From Candidatus Binatia bacterium (lineage in GTDB: Bacteria; Methylomirabilota; Methylomirabilia; Rokubacteriales; CSP1-6): a stretch of 64,000 bases of DNA. Where the stretch lies: contig DASPZZ010000190.1 of the NCBI GenBank assembly GCA_035635995.1, forward strand, positions 47-64,046. Reading direction: 5' to 3'. Made by a program: the position numbers and the translations under genes. Below the pieces are notes generated by a model, which did no database searches, was not told the origin of the DNA, and worked only from the letters and a program-made list of their open reading frames with translations. Shown one piece after another: positions 8,670 through 18,007 of the stretch (the first letter of the stretch is position 1; each line of letters begins with the position of its first letter).

Positions 8670-9988
8670 GGCGCGGCGCAGGCCTGGCGGAGATCCTTCG
8701 TCGCCTCGAGCCAGTCGGCGTCGCGCGGCAGGATCACGCCGCCGGAGCGGTGACGATAGAGCGACGGGTCGTCGACGCCTGGCGGCACGGTGCCGTTGTC
8801 GCGGAGCGCCCTGGCGGCGTTGAGGACCCGGCGCCGTGTCCGGATGACCATCGCGTCCGAGGTCCCCAGATGCTCCTGCGTGCGGTCGTAGATCGGCCCC
8901 ATGCTCTCCGTGACGGCCTGGTCTTGTTGGTGGATACCGGCGATCCCGGTGAAGCTCTCGGTGCGCTGCGCCGCGCGGTCGATCAGGTAGTCGTTGTCCT
9001 TGTGCTGGGCGAGGCGGAACTTGCCGAGCCAGTCCGTCGTCTCCGGCAGGAACTCGAAGCCGCCGGGCCGGGCGCCGGCCGCCGCGACCGCCCGGCCGCC
9101 GGCGTTGAGCCCGGACGCGCCGCCCGCGGCCCCCGTGCCCACGCGCGAGCGCGGCGCCGTGATGCTCCAGAACATCAGGTGATCGTCGTCGATGGGCACC
9201 CAGGCACGGACGAGGACCTGCATGCCGAGGATGCCGGTCGGGATCATCGTGAAGAACGGGAACAGGAAGTGGGCGATGCGCCAGTAGTGCGTATCCGCCT
9301 CGGCCGGCCGGTAGGCGCCGTAGGAGGTGCCGAACCCGGTGTCGACGACCTCGTACTTCGGGGCGCGGTCGGCCACGTTGTAGTAGTCGAACGTGCCCGG
9401 CGTCGTCTGCTCGGGCCGGACGGCACCCAGATGGAGGAACCCGAGATGGCTCGTGTCGATGTCGCCTTCGAGCGCCTGAAACCAGTTGCACTCGCGGAGC
9501 ACTTTCTGGACGGCGTACTCGCCCTTCGGCAGCATGTTCGGCTCGAGGTCCGGCAAGGGCGGCGGCGTCTGGCGCGGGCCCATGTACGCCCAGATGACGT
9601 CGTTCCGCTCGACGCACGGATACGCGGTCGCGCGAATCTTCGACTTGAAGTTGCTCTCCTCCGGCTCGCTGGGCATGTCGACGCAGTGGCCCTCGCAGCT
9701 GTACTTCCAGCCGTGGTAGACGCAGCGCAGGCCCTCTTCCTCGTTACGACCGAAGAAGAGCGAGGCGCCGCGGTGCGGGCAGTGGTTCTGGATGAGGCCG
9801 ATCTTGCCGGACGTGACGCGGAAGGCGATCAGGTTCTCGCCCATGAGCCGGACGCGCACGGGCGCTCCGTCCCGCTCCGGCAGCTCGCTCGACGTGAGGG
9901 CGGGAACCCAATACTGGCGCAGCAAGGCCCCGACCGGGGTGCCGGGTCCGACGCGACAGAGCAGCTCGTTGTCCTCTCGGGAAAGCAT
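8666..9988 (-). CDS. Rieske non-heme iron oxygenase, phthalate 4,5-dioxygenase/LigXa-like
   Basis: CPHRG...CVYHGW Rieske ligands; EGDIDTSHLGFLH mononuclear iron site; QDQAVTESMG, EHLGTSD. Confidence 0.92.
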   Translation of the reverse strand: MLSREDNELLCRVGPGTPVGALLRQYWVPALTSSELPERDGAPVRVRLMGENLIAFRVTSGKIGLIQNHCPHRGASLFFGRNEEEGLRCVYHGWKYSCEGHCVDMPSEPEESNFKSKIRATAYPCVERNDVIWAYMGPRQTPPPLPDLEPNMLPKGEYAVQKVLRECNWFQALEGDIDTSHLGFLHLGAVRPEQTTPGTFDYYNVADRAPKYEVVDTGFGTSYGAYRPAEADTHYWRIAHFLFPFFTMIPTGILGMQVLVRAWVPIDDDHLMFWSITAPRSRVGTGAAGGASGLNAGGRAVAAAGARPGGFEFLPETTDWLGKFRLAQHKDNDYLIDRAAQRTESFTGIAGIHQQDQAVTESMGPIYDRTQEHLGTSDAMVIRTRRRVLNAARALRDNGTVPPGVDDPSLYRHRSGGVILPRDADWLEATKDLRQACAAP

Positions 9989-10006
9989 CGTGCCCTCCTC
10001 GTCTAT

Positions 10007-10127
10007 AGGCTCACCTCGGACGGCGGGGCCCCAGCCCCGCGACGTCCTGCGGCTCACACTACCACCTGAGGCTCGCCTCGGACGGCGGGGCCCCAGCCCC
10101 GCGACGTCCTGCGGCTCACACTACCAC
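10007..10127. repeat. Tandem pair of 59-bp REP-like elements (period 62 bp)
   Basis: AGGCTC(A/G)CCTCGGACGGCGGGGCCCCAGCCCCGCGACGTCCTGCGGCTCACACTACCAC at 10007-10065 and 10069-10127, one mismatch. Confidence 0.95.
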
Positions 10128-10134
10128 TGCGCCA

Positions 10135-11889
10135 CTATGCCACCGTCGTCGTCCGTACGTTGCCCTGGACGAGCCGGCGTACCAGCACGACCACCGCGAG
10201 GACGACGACCGTCATCATCAGGGCGGCCACCGCCGCCTCTTCCAGGCGCCCGTTGGACCACTGGCTCAGGAAGAGCGTCGGCAACACCGTCGACTTGGCG
10301 CCGTACAGGAAGGCGACCGTGGCCAGGTCGCTGAACGAGACGGTGAACTGGATCACCCACCCCGCGAGGAAGCCGTTCTTCACGAGGGGCAGCCAGATCC
10401 GCCGAAACGTCGAGGTCCACGAGGCCTTGTGGATTCGCGCGGCCTCCTCGAGCTCGCGGCTGATCTGGATCATGCTCGAGCCCATGATCTGGGTCCCGAA
10501 CGGAAAGCCGCGCACGATGTGGGCCAGGATCATGACCGAGAGCGTGCCATAGAGGATGGCGAGAGGCGAGAGCAGCACGGCCCAGAGGATCCCGAGGCCG
10601 AGCACGAGGGAGGGCACCGCCCAGGGCACCCAGGCCACGAGGTCGAGGAGCCGCCGGCCCCGGTAGCGGCTCCTGGTGACCACGTAGGACACCAGCGAGT
10701 AGAGGACCATCCCGACCGTCGTGGCGACGATGCTCATCACCAGGCTGTTGGTCAGCGCCAGCCGGTTCACCCGCAACGTGAGCATCCGGCGCCAGTTGTC
10801 GAGGGTGTAGCTCGCCGGGTCGAAGACGTCCAGCCCGATGAACCGGATGAAGCTCACCTGAATCAGCATCACCGCCGGCAACACCACCGACACGACGAAA
10901 AAGAGCACCACGAAGCCGAAGGCGACCCAGCGCAGCTTGCCCAGCGCCATCGGGCGCGCGGAGTAGCCGCGCCCGGTCACGGTCGTGTAGTCGCGCTTGC
11001 CGAGAAACCGCCAGTTCACGAGGACCAGGCCGAAGGTGATCACGAGCAGCATGACCGCCATCGTCATGCCGGTCCGGAAATCGGGCGGGAAGATCTGCAC
11101 CATGCGCTCGTAGATCTTGTTCGTGAGGACGTAGATGCCCGAGCTGGTGCCCAGGAACACTTCCGTCTCGAACGAGGAGAGCAGCCGGGTGAGCGACAGG
11201 ATGAAGGCCGCCAGGATCGCGGGGCGCAGGAGCGGAACCAGGATCCGCTGGACGGTCCGTCGCGGCGAGGCTCCGCACATGCGGGCCGACTCCTCGAGCG
11301 CCGCATCCATGTTCCTGAACGCCGGCACCAGGAAAATGGTCAGGAGCGTGGCCCACCCGGTGACGCTCACGAAGATCAAGCCGCCATACGAGAAGATGTC
11401 CAGAGGTCCCGTGTCGCCCGCGAAGAACGGAAGCTGGCGAAGGAGCTGATTGAGATAGCCCTTCTGAGGGCTCAGCAGCAGGGCCCAGCCGAGCACCTTG
11501 CCCAGCAGCGGGAAGAAGAACGAAAGGATCAGCAGGAACTCGAGCCGGTTGCGGAACGGACAGTCCGTGCGCGCGATGATCCACGCCAGCACCACCGCGA
11601 GAGCCAGCGCCAGCACCGCGCGAACCGTGGAGAGCCAGACGGTGGTCCACAGGATCTGCCACACCTCCGGCTGCGCCATGACGGCGAACGAGGCGCGGAT
11701 CGACTCGACCGAGATGGCTCCGGCGCGCCCGGGCGGAGCGTCCCTGAACCCGGCCAGCAACGCGGTCACGACCGGCGTCACGGTGAGCACGGCGACCCCG
11801 ATCAGCAGCAGGGTCGGCAGCCAAGCCCACGCCGCAACGCGCGGCCACCGGAGAAGCCGAACCCGATCGGTCTCTGTGACGGTGGCCAC
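10135..11889 (-). CDS. ABC transporter permease, fused two-domain (FbpB-like)
   Basis: ~12 TM segments; two EAA loops (LEESARMCGAS, LEEAARIHKAS). Confidence 0.92.
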   Translation of the reverse strand: MATVTETDRVRLLRWPRVAAWAWLPTLLLIGVAVLTVTPVVTALLAGFRDAPPGRAGAISVESIRASFAVMAQPEVWQILWTTVWLSTVRAVLALALAVVLAWIIARTDCPFRNRLEFLLILSFFFPLLGKVLGWALLLSPQKGYLNQLLRQLPFFAGDTGPLDIFSYGGLIFVSVTGWATLLTIFLVPAFRNMDAALEESARMCGASPRRTVQRILVPLLRPAILAAFILSLTRLLSSFETEVFLGTSSGIYVLTNKIYERMVQIFPPDFRTGMTMAVMLLVITFGLVLVNWRFLGKRDYTTVTGRGYSARPMALGKLRWVAFGFVVLFFVVSVVLPAVMLIQVSFIRFIGLDVFDPASYTLDNWRRMLTLRVNRLALTNSLVMSIVATTVGMVLYSLVSYVVTRSRYRGRRLLDLVAWVPWAVPSLVLGLGILWAVLLSPLAILYGTLSVMILAHIVRGFPFGTQIMGSSMIQISRELEEAARIHKASWTSTFRRIWLPLVKNGFLAGWVIQFTVSFSDLATVAFLYGAKSTVLPTLFLSQWSNGRLEEAAVAALMMTVVVLAVVVLVRRLVQGNVRTTTVA

Positions 11890-11890
11890 G

Positions 11891-13039
11891 CTAGTAGTCG
11901 AATAATTTAGAGCCGATGACCCACTTGAGAACCTCGGTGATCTGGCGCTCGGCCTTGTCGTCGCCGGCGAACTGGAGCTTGAACTTCGCGGGGTCGTCCA
12001 GCGGTCGCGGCGCCACGTCGGCGCGGGCCGGCGTGTTGCCGAGTGCCTGCACCCGCCACTCCGCGTACTCGCGGCTCAGCATGAAGTCGACGAAGACCTT
12101 GGCGGCGTTCGGGTGCGGTGCGCTCTTGACGACGGCGAACAGCGGCGACTGCGTGCTCACGCAGCCCGGCTCGAGACAGAGCTTCGTGATCGGCACGGTC
12201 CCCATGCTGTATTCCACGCGCCAGGGGCCCCCGAGCATGGCGTGGAGCTCGCCGCGCGCCACCTCGCCCGACTCGTTGAATCCGAGCAGCTTGGGCTTGA
12301 GCCCGGCGAACTCGCGGACGAAGCCTTCGCCGTAGTCCTTCGCGTTCACTTCCTTCAGCCCATACACGTGGTAGGCGCCGATGTTGGCGATGCGCGGATC
12401 GGTGAACGCCACGCGCTTGCGCTTGATGAGGTCGACCCAGTAGGGGTCGCGCACGAGATCCCAGTAGCTCTTGGGGTACTTCTCCGCCGGAACCAGCTTG
12501 GTGTTGACGTTCAGGCCGCTGACGCTCGCGAAGACGCCGGCGAGGTGGGTCTCCTTGTTCATGACGGGCCAGCGCCACTTCACGCTGGGGTCGAGCGCCG
12601 TCGGAGGAATGAACTCCTCGCCCAGACCCCGCCAGGCGATGGTCCGGCCGCTCTGGCCGCCGCACTGGTAGACGTCGGCCTGCACGCGGCCGGCCGCGGC
12701 CTCGGTGCTGATCTTCTCCACGAGCTGATAGCCCGGTCCCAGAACCTGACTCACCTGGATCTCGGGATACGCCTTGTTGAAGGCCGTGATGGTGCCCTCG
12801 GCCTCCGTCGCCTGGGCGCAGCTGTACCAGATCACCTCGCCCTCTTTCTTCGCGGCGGGGACGATCTTGCTTTTCCACTCCGCCATGGCGGCCTGGAACT
12901 TCGCCGGCGACGCGGAGGAATCGGCCGGCGCGGCGGCCGGCGTCTTGGCCTGCGCCCGCACCGTCTCCGGGGCCGACCCGATGGCCACGACTGACACGAC
13001 GAGGCCCGAGACCACCGCTGCCAATCGCCGCCTGTTCAT
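11891..13039 (-). CDS. ABC transporter extracellular solute-binding protein
   Basis: Signal peptide MNRRRLAAVV; AKKEGEVIWYS; APHPNAAKVFVDFMLS. Confidence 0.9.
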   Translation of the reverse strand: MNRRRLAAVVSGLVVSVVAIGSAPETVRAQAKTPAAAPADSSASPAKFQAAMAEWKSKIVPAAKKEGEVIWYSCAQATEAEGTITAFNKAYPEIQVSQVLGPGYQLVEKISTEAAAGRVQADVYQCGGQSGRTIAWRGLGEEFIPPTALDPSVKWRWPVMNKETHLAGVFASVSGLNVNTKLVPAEKYPKSYWDLVRDPYWVDLIKRKRVAFTDPRIANIGAYHVYGLKEVNAKDYGEGFVREFAGLKPKLLGFNESGEVARGELHAMLGGPWRVEYSMGTVPITKLCLEPGCVSTQSPLFAVVKSAPHPNAAKVFVDFMLSREYAEWRVQALGNTPARADVAPRPLDDPAKFKLQFAGDDKAERQITEVLKWVIGSKLFDY

Positions 13040-14154
13040 CGCGGTCTGCCCCCGTTGACGCCCGCGGATTCGTCGACGGTCCTCGGCCAGACCCTGACCG
13101 CTCGCGGCGACACGAGCAGCCGCGCCCGCGCGTCGTGAGGCAGCCGAGGATCTTCCGGGCCCGTCGCCCTCACCGTGAATTTGCCGAGGTCCACGACGTA
13201 CTCGACGTGACCACTGACGTATACCGAGGATCGCACCACGCCGACCCAGGCGCCGTCTCGCTCGGCCGCGCGCGCCTCCACGGCCTCGGGGCGGAAGGCC
13301 AGCAGCACCTCTTGCCCGTCGCTCCACGCCCCGGCACCGCCGACCGGCATGCAGAAGCCGCTGTCCTCGACCTCCGCCACCCAGCTGCCGTCGTCGGCGC
13401 GGACGATGCGGGCCGGCAGATGATTGGCCCGACCCAGAAAATCCATGACGAATCGTGTGCTCGGGCGCTGGTAGACGTCCTCCGGACTGCCTTCCTGCTC
13501 GATGCGACCGGCGTTCATGACCACGACGCGATCCGAGAGCGTCATCGCCTCGGCCTGATCGTGCGTCACGAAGATGCTGGTGATGCCCAGCTTGGCCTGC
13601 ATGTCGCGGAGCTCGAACCGCATCTCTTCCCGCAGGCGCGCGTCGAGGTTGGAGAGTGGCTCGTCCAGCAGCAGCACCTCGGGATTCGACACCAGGGCCC
13701 GCGCCAGCGCCACCCGCTGCTGCTGGCCGCCGGACAGCATGGGCGCGGGCCGCTCGTGCAGACCGCCGAGCCCGACCGTGGCGAGGATCGCCATCACCCG
13801 GTCGCGGATCTCCGCGCGAGGCACGCGGAGCTCTCGCAGCGGGAACGCCACGTTCTCGAAGACCGTCATGTGCGGCCAGATCGCGTAGCTCTGGAAGACC
13901 ATCCCCATGCCGCGTCGCTCCGGCGGCACGAAGAGTCCTGAGGCCGCCGCGGACAGCGGCCGGCTGCCCAGGTAGACGTCGCCCCGATCCGGCCTCTCCA
14001 GGCCGGCGACCAGCCGCAAGGTGGTGGTCTTGCCACAGCCGCTCGGTCCGAGCAGCGTGAGGAACTCCCCGGCCTTGGCTTCGAAGCTCAGGTCGTTCAC
14101 CGCGATCACGGCGCCGAACGTCTTGACCAGACCGGTCGCTCGAACGGTGCCCAT
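13036..14154 (-). CDS. ABC transporter ATP-binding protein (PotA/FbpC-like, TOBE domain)
   Basis: GPSGCGKT, LSGGQQQR, LLLDEPLSNLD. Confidence 0.95.
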   Translation of the reverse strand: MGTVRATGLVKTFGAVIAVNDLSFEAKAGEFLTLLGPSGCGKTTTLRLVAGLERPDRGDVYLGSRPLSAAASGLFVPPERRGMGMVFQSYAIWPHMTVFENVAFPLRELRVPRAEIRDRVMAILATVGLGGLHERPAPMLSGGQQQRVALARALVSNPEVLLLDEPLSNLDARLREEMRFELRDMQAKLGITSIFVTHDQAEAMTLSDRVVVMNAGRIEQEGSPEDVYQRPSTRFVMDFLGRANHLPARIVRADDGSWVAEVEDSGFCMPVGGAGAWSDGQEVLLAFRPEAVEARAAERDGAWVGVVRSSVYVSGHVEYVVDLGKFTVRATGPEDPRLPHDARARLLVSPRAVRVWPRTVDESAGVNGGRPR

Positions 14155-14247
14155 CGTGTTGGTGCGTAATCCAATCACCTGCGCCTCCCCACGGCAAGCC
14201 CAAAAATCCTCTGACGGCAACAGGATGTCGGCTCATACACTGCTGCC

Positions 14248-15543
14248 GTGGACTGGAGGAAGCTCGCCTACGTCCTCGTGCCCGCTCTGGCCCTCGCGGT
14301 GGTGGTCTTCGCGGTGCTCAGCCGGCTGGTCGACCCGCTCCCACCGCGGCGGATCACCTTCAGCGCGGGTCGCGAGGGCGGCGCCTACTACACGTTCGCG
14401 AAGGAGTACGCGCGGCTGGCCAAAGCGGACGGCTTCACGGTCGAGATCCTGACCGGCGCCGGGTCGGTCGAGACGCTCAAGCGCCTCGCGGCGGGCCACG
14501 CCATGGCCGGCTTCGTCCAGGGCGGCACCGCCGAAGCGGCGCCGACGGATGGCTTGCTCTCGCTCGGGAGTCTCTACTACGAGCCGGTGTGGCTGTTCCA
14601 CCGGCGGGCCAAGCCGCTGCGCGGCCTCGCCGACCTCCGTGGCCACCGGATCCAGATCGGCGAGGAAGGGAGCGGCATCCGGCCGCTCGCGGTGCGCCTG
14701 CTCCGCGACAGCGGGGTCACCGCTCAGAACTCGACGCTCCTCGCCCTCGCCAGCGAGGGCGCGGCGACCGCGCTGGAGACGGGCCGGATCGACGCGGCCT
14801 TCTTCATCATGGCGCCGAGCGTGCCCCTGGTGCGTCGCCTTCTGCTCAGTCCGACCGTGAGCCTCTGGAGCGTCCGGCGCACGCTCGCCTACACGACGCG
14901 CTACCGGTTCCTGTCGACCGTCACGCTCGGCGAGGGTGTGGTCGACCTCGTCGAGGACGTGCCCGACCGCGACGTCCTCTTGCTCGCCGCGACGGCGACG
15001 CTCGTGGTGCGCGAGGACGTCCACCCGGTGATCGTGCGGCTCTTGTTGAAGACCGCCGAGACCGTGCACAGCCGGTCGGGCCTGTTCGAGGCGCCGAACA
15101 TGTTCCCCTCCGACGCGTTCGTCGAGCTGCCGCTGCACGAGGTCGCCCGGCGCTACCTCCGGAAGGGACCGCCGTTCCTGGAGCGATTCCTCCCCTTCTG
15201 GATCGCCGTGACGGTCGAGCGCTGGGCGCTGCTGATCCTGCCGGCCGTCGGGCTTCTTCTGCCGCTGGTCCGCATCCTGCCCTCGCTCTACAACCAGTCG
15301 ATGCGGCGCCGGATCACCCGGCGGTACCGAGTGGTGCACGAGATCGACCACACGCTCGCGCGGAGCACGCCGGAAGAGGCGCGGGCGGCCGCCGAGCGGC
15401 TCCGGGGCGTGCAAGCCGAGATATCAAAAATGCCGCCGCCCCCGCCCGGCCTCATGGGCGAGCTCTACCACCTGAAGGTTCATCTGGAATGGCTGCTCGA
15501 GCAGGCCGACGCGCGGGCGGCCGACCGTCACTCGCCCAGGTAG
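14248..15543 (+). CDS. TAXI-family TRAP solute receptor with C-terminal membrane extension
   Basis: AGREGGAYY, TGAGSVE, LGSLYYEPVWLF, IGEEGSG, LPLHEVARRY; then PFLERFLPFWIA and a TM helix. Confidence 0.85.
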   Translation: MDWRKLAYVLVPALALAVVVFAVLSRLVDPLPPRRITFSAGREGGAYYTFAKEYARLAKADGFTVEILTGAGSVETLKRLAAGHAMAGFVQGGTAEAAPTDGLLSLGSLYYEPVWLFHRRAKPLRGLADLRGHRIQIGEEGSGIRPLAVRLLRDSGVTAQNSTLLALASEGAATALETGRIDAAFFIMAPSVPLVRRLLLSPTVSLWSVRRTLAYTTRYRFLSTVTLGEGVVDLVEDVPDRDVLLLAATATLVVREDVHPVIVRLLLKTAETVHSRSGLFEAPNMFPSDAFVELPLHEVARRYLRKGPPFLERFLPFWIAVTVERWALLILPAVGLLLPLVRILPSLYNQSMRRRITRRYRVVHEIDHTLARSTPEEARAAAERLRGVQAEISKMPPPPPGLMGELYHLKVHLEWLLEQADARAADRHSPR

Positions 15544-16265
15544 ATCTCGCGCGTCCGCGGGTGCGCGACGACTTCGCCGCGCGTGCCTTCGACGACCACC
15601 TCGCCGAAATGCAGCACGGTGATCCGCTCGGCGAAATCGAGCGCCACGTCCATGTCGTGCTCGATCATGACGATCGTCACGTCGCGCGGGATGCCGGTGA
15701 CCAGCCGGAGCACGTCGCGTCGCTCGTCGATCGAGAGCCCGGCGAAGGGCTCGTCGAGGAGCAGGACCCTGGGGTTCTGGGCCAGGGCCATGGCGACCTC
15801 GACGCGGCGGCGCTCGCCGTAGGAGGTCTGGGCGAGCGGGCGGGCGGCCAGGTGGTCGAGCGCGACCCGGGCCAGCGTCTCGCGCGCTCGGGCGATCAGC
15901 GCCGCCTGTCGGTCGAGCCTGACGAACGGGTTCCAGCGGCGCCGCGACAGACCGAGCAGCGCGAGCGTGACGTTGCGCAGCAGCGTCTCGGCCGGGAAGA
16001 GCGTGATGATCTGGTACGTGCGGGCGATCCCCAGGTGGAAGCGGCGGCGGCTGGGGACGCGCGTGATGTCGCGGTCGAAGAGCGTGACCGAGCCGCCGTC
16101 GGGCCGGAGCTCACCGGTGATGAGGTTGAAGAGCGTCGTCTTCCCGGCGCCGTTGGGACCGATGATGAGGCGGCGCTCGCCGGGCTCGACGGCCAGATCG
16201 ACGCCGGCCGTGACGCGCAGCCCGCCGAACGACTTGTCGAGTCCGCGCACGGCCAGCGCGCTCAA
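15528..16265 (-). CDS. Branched-chain amino-acid-type ABC ATPase (LivG-like)
   Basis: GPNGAGKT, SYGERRRVE, LLLDEPFAG, IEHDMD. Confidence 0.92.
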   Translation of the reverse strand: MSALAVRGLDKSFGGLRVTAGVDLAVEPGERRLIIGPNGAGKTTLFNLITGELRPDGGSVTLFDRDITRVPSRRRFHLGIARTYQIITLFPAETLLRNVTLALLGLSRRRWNPFVRLDRQAALIARARETLARVALDHLAARPLAQTSYGERRRVEVAMALAQNPRVLLLDEPFAGLSIDERRDVLRLVTGIPRDVTIVMIEHDMDVALDFAERITVLHFGEVVVEGTRGEVVAHPRTREIYLGE

Positions 16266-17455
16266 ATCACGTGCCGGGTGCGCAGCTCCGTGATCTGCTC
16301 CGGGCGATACCCGAGCTCGGCCAGGATCTCATCCGTGTGCTCGCCCAGCGTGGGCGCGCGGTGGCGGAAGCGCCCGGGCGTCTCGGAGAGGTCGACCGGG
16401 GTCGGAGCGAGCGGCGCCGGCCGGGATAGACCCGGATACTGGGTGTCCACGAGGAGGCCGGCCGCGCGGACGTGCTCGTCCTCGAGCGCCTGCTGCGGCG
16501 AGTAGAGCGGGCCCGCCGCGATCCTGGCGGCCTCGAGCTCGGCGAGCGCCTCCGCGGTCGTGCGCTCGGCCGTCCACTCCGACATCCGCTTCGAGATGAT
16601 CTCGCCGTGGTCCCCACGGGCCAGGTCGTCCTTGAACCGCGAATCGGTGAGCCAGTGGTCTTCACCCATGAGCTTGGCCCACCGCCGGAACATCGGCTCT
16701 CCGATCGCGAGGGCGAGGATCCAGCCGTCCCTGGTACGGAACAGATCGGACGGGGCCGACGTCTGGCCGCGATTGACCGTCGCGACTCGATCGACCTGGA
16801 TCGCTTGCTGCTCGACCAGCGTCGGGTTGTTGAAGGCGATCGCGGTCCGGAGGAGCGCGCCCTCCACCTTCTGCCCCCGGCCGGTCTGCCCGCGCGCCAT
16901 GAGCGCGGCCAGGGTGCCGAACGCCGCGAGCGACGCCGTGCCGCAGTCGACCCAGGCGACGGCGGCTCGCAGCGGCTGCTCCGGCGTGCCGGTGAGGTAC
17001 GCCGAGCCGCACATCACCTGACCGATGCCGTCGAACCCGTGCTTGCCGCTCCACGGCCCCCCGGCGCCGAACGCCGTCACCGTCGTGAGAATGATGTCGG
17101 CCTTCACCCGGCGGAGGCTCTCGAGGTCGAGCGCCAGCGCGCGCAGCACCTCGGGAGGCAGGTTCGCGACGACGACGTCGGCCGTGGCCACGAGCTTGCG
17201 CACGATCTCGCGGCCCTCCGGGCACGCCGGGTCGAGCGTCATCGCGCGCTTGTTGCGGTTCATCACCAGATACAGGGCACCCACGCCGTCCTCGGCCACC
17301 GGGGCCACCCACCGGTCCTCGCCGCCGCCCGCGCGCTCGATGCGGATGACGTCGGCGCCGAGGTCTCCCAGCAGCGCGGCGCAGTACGGCCCGGCGATGT
17401 AGCGCCCGAAGTCGAGGACCCGGACGCCCGCGAGCACGCCGCGCAGGTCGCTCAC
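16262..17455 (-). CDS. Family III CoA-transferase (CaiB/BaiF)
   Basis: VLDFGRYIAGP, LGADVIRIE, NRNKR, APTLGEHTDEIL; GTGA overlap with upstream gene. Confidence 0.92.
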   Translation of the reverse strand: MSDLRGVLAGVRVLDFGRYIAGPYCAALLGDLGADVIRIERAGGGEDRWVAPVAEDGVGALYLVMNRNKRAMTLDPACPEGREIVRKLVATADVVVANLPPEVLRALALDLESLRRVKADIILTTVTAFGAGGPWSGKHGFDGIGQVMCGSAYLTGTPEQPLRAAVAWVDCGTASLAAFGTLAALMARGQTGRGQKVEGALLRTAIAFNNPTLVEQQAIQVDRVATVNRGQTSAPSDLFRTRDGWILALAIGEPMFRRWAKLMGEDHWLTDSRFKDDLARGDHGEIISKRMSEWTAERTTAEALAELEAARIAAGPLYSPQQALEDEHVRAAGLLVDTQYPGLSRPAPLAPTPVDLSETPGRFRHRAPTLGEHTDEILAELGYRPEQITELRTRHVI

Positions 17456-17889
17456 TGGAGCGCCAGCGGCTGCCCGTCGAGGTCCTCGGCTCTCTCGATC
17501 TTGATGAGCACGCCGAACCCCTTCTTGTCCGGATCGCGCTCCTTCTCGGGCTGAACGAGGCGCCGCCAGATCTCCTCGTACACCGGGCCGGACTTGACGA
17601 TCTCCGCGGTGCCGTAGAACCGGGCGATGCCGCCCTTCGGCAGCACGCCGGCCTCCCGCAGCTGAGGCTTTCTGAAGAAGACCGTGACCTTGGTCTTGTC
17701 CTTCCAGTTGGCGCTGGTCGTGCCCTTGCCGCGCTCCCACAGCGCGATGTGGTCGTCGTCGTACACCATGGTGCTGCCGCGCGGCGTCACCTGGGCGAAC
17801 CCGTTCGGCAGCACCGTGGCCACCAGGCATACGGCAGTCGGAAACGCGGTGTTGATGTGCTCGTGCAGAACCTTGGGAATCGTGGCCAC
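17452..17889 (-). CDS. Pyridoxamine 5'-phosphate oxidase-like (flavin-binding split barrel) protein
   Basis: CLVATVLPNGFAQVTPRGS, ARFYGTAEIV; GGGAGG RBS. Confidence 0.75.
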   Translation of the reverse strand: MATIPKVLHEHINTAFPTAVCLVATVLPNGFAQVTPRGSTMVYDDDHIALWERGKGTTSANWKDKTKVTVFFRKPQLREAGVLPKGGIARFYGTAEIVKSGPVYEEIWRRLVQPEKERDPDKKGFGVLIKIERAEDLDGQPLALQ

Positions 17890-18007
17890 CCGAGCCTCCC
17901 TTTCTTCTCCAGCCGCGGTGTCAGGAGTGCGCCCGCTCCTCCCGCGGGATTATGCCGCGGCCCGTCGACGATGTCGACCGGGGTACCGGGTGCTAAGCTT
18001 CCCGAGC

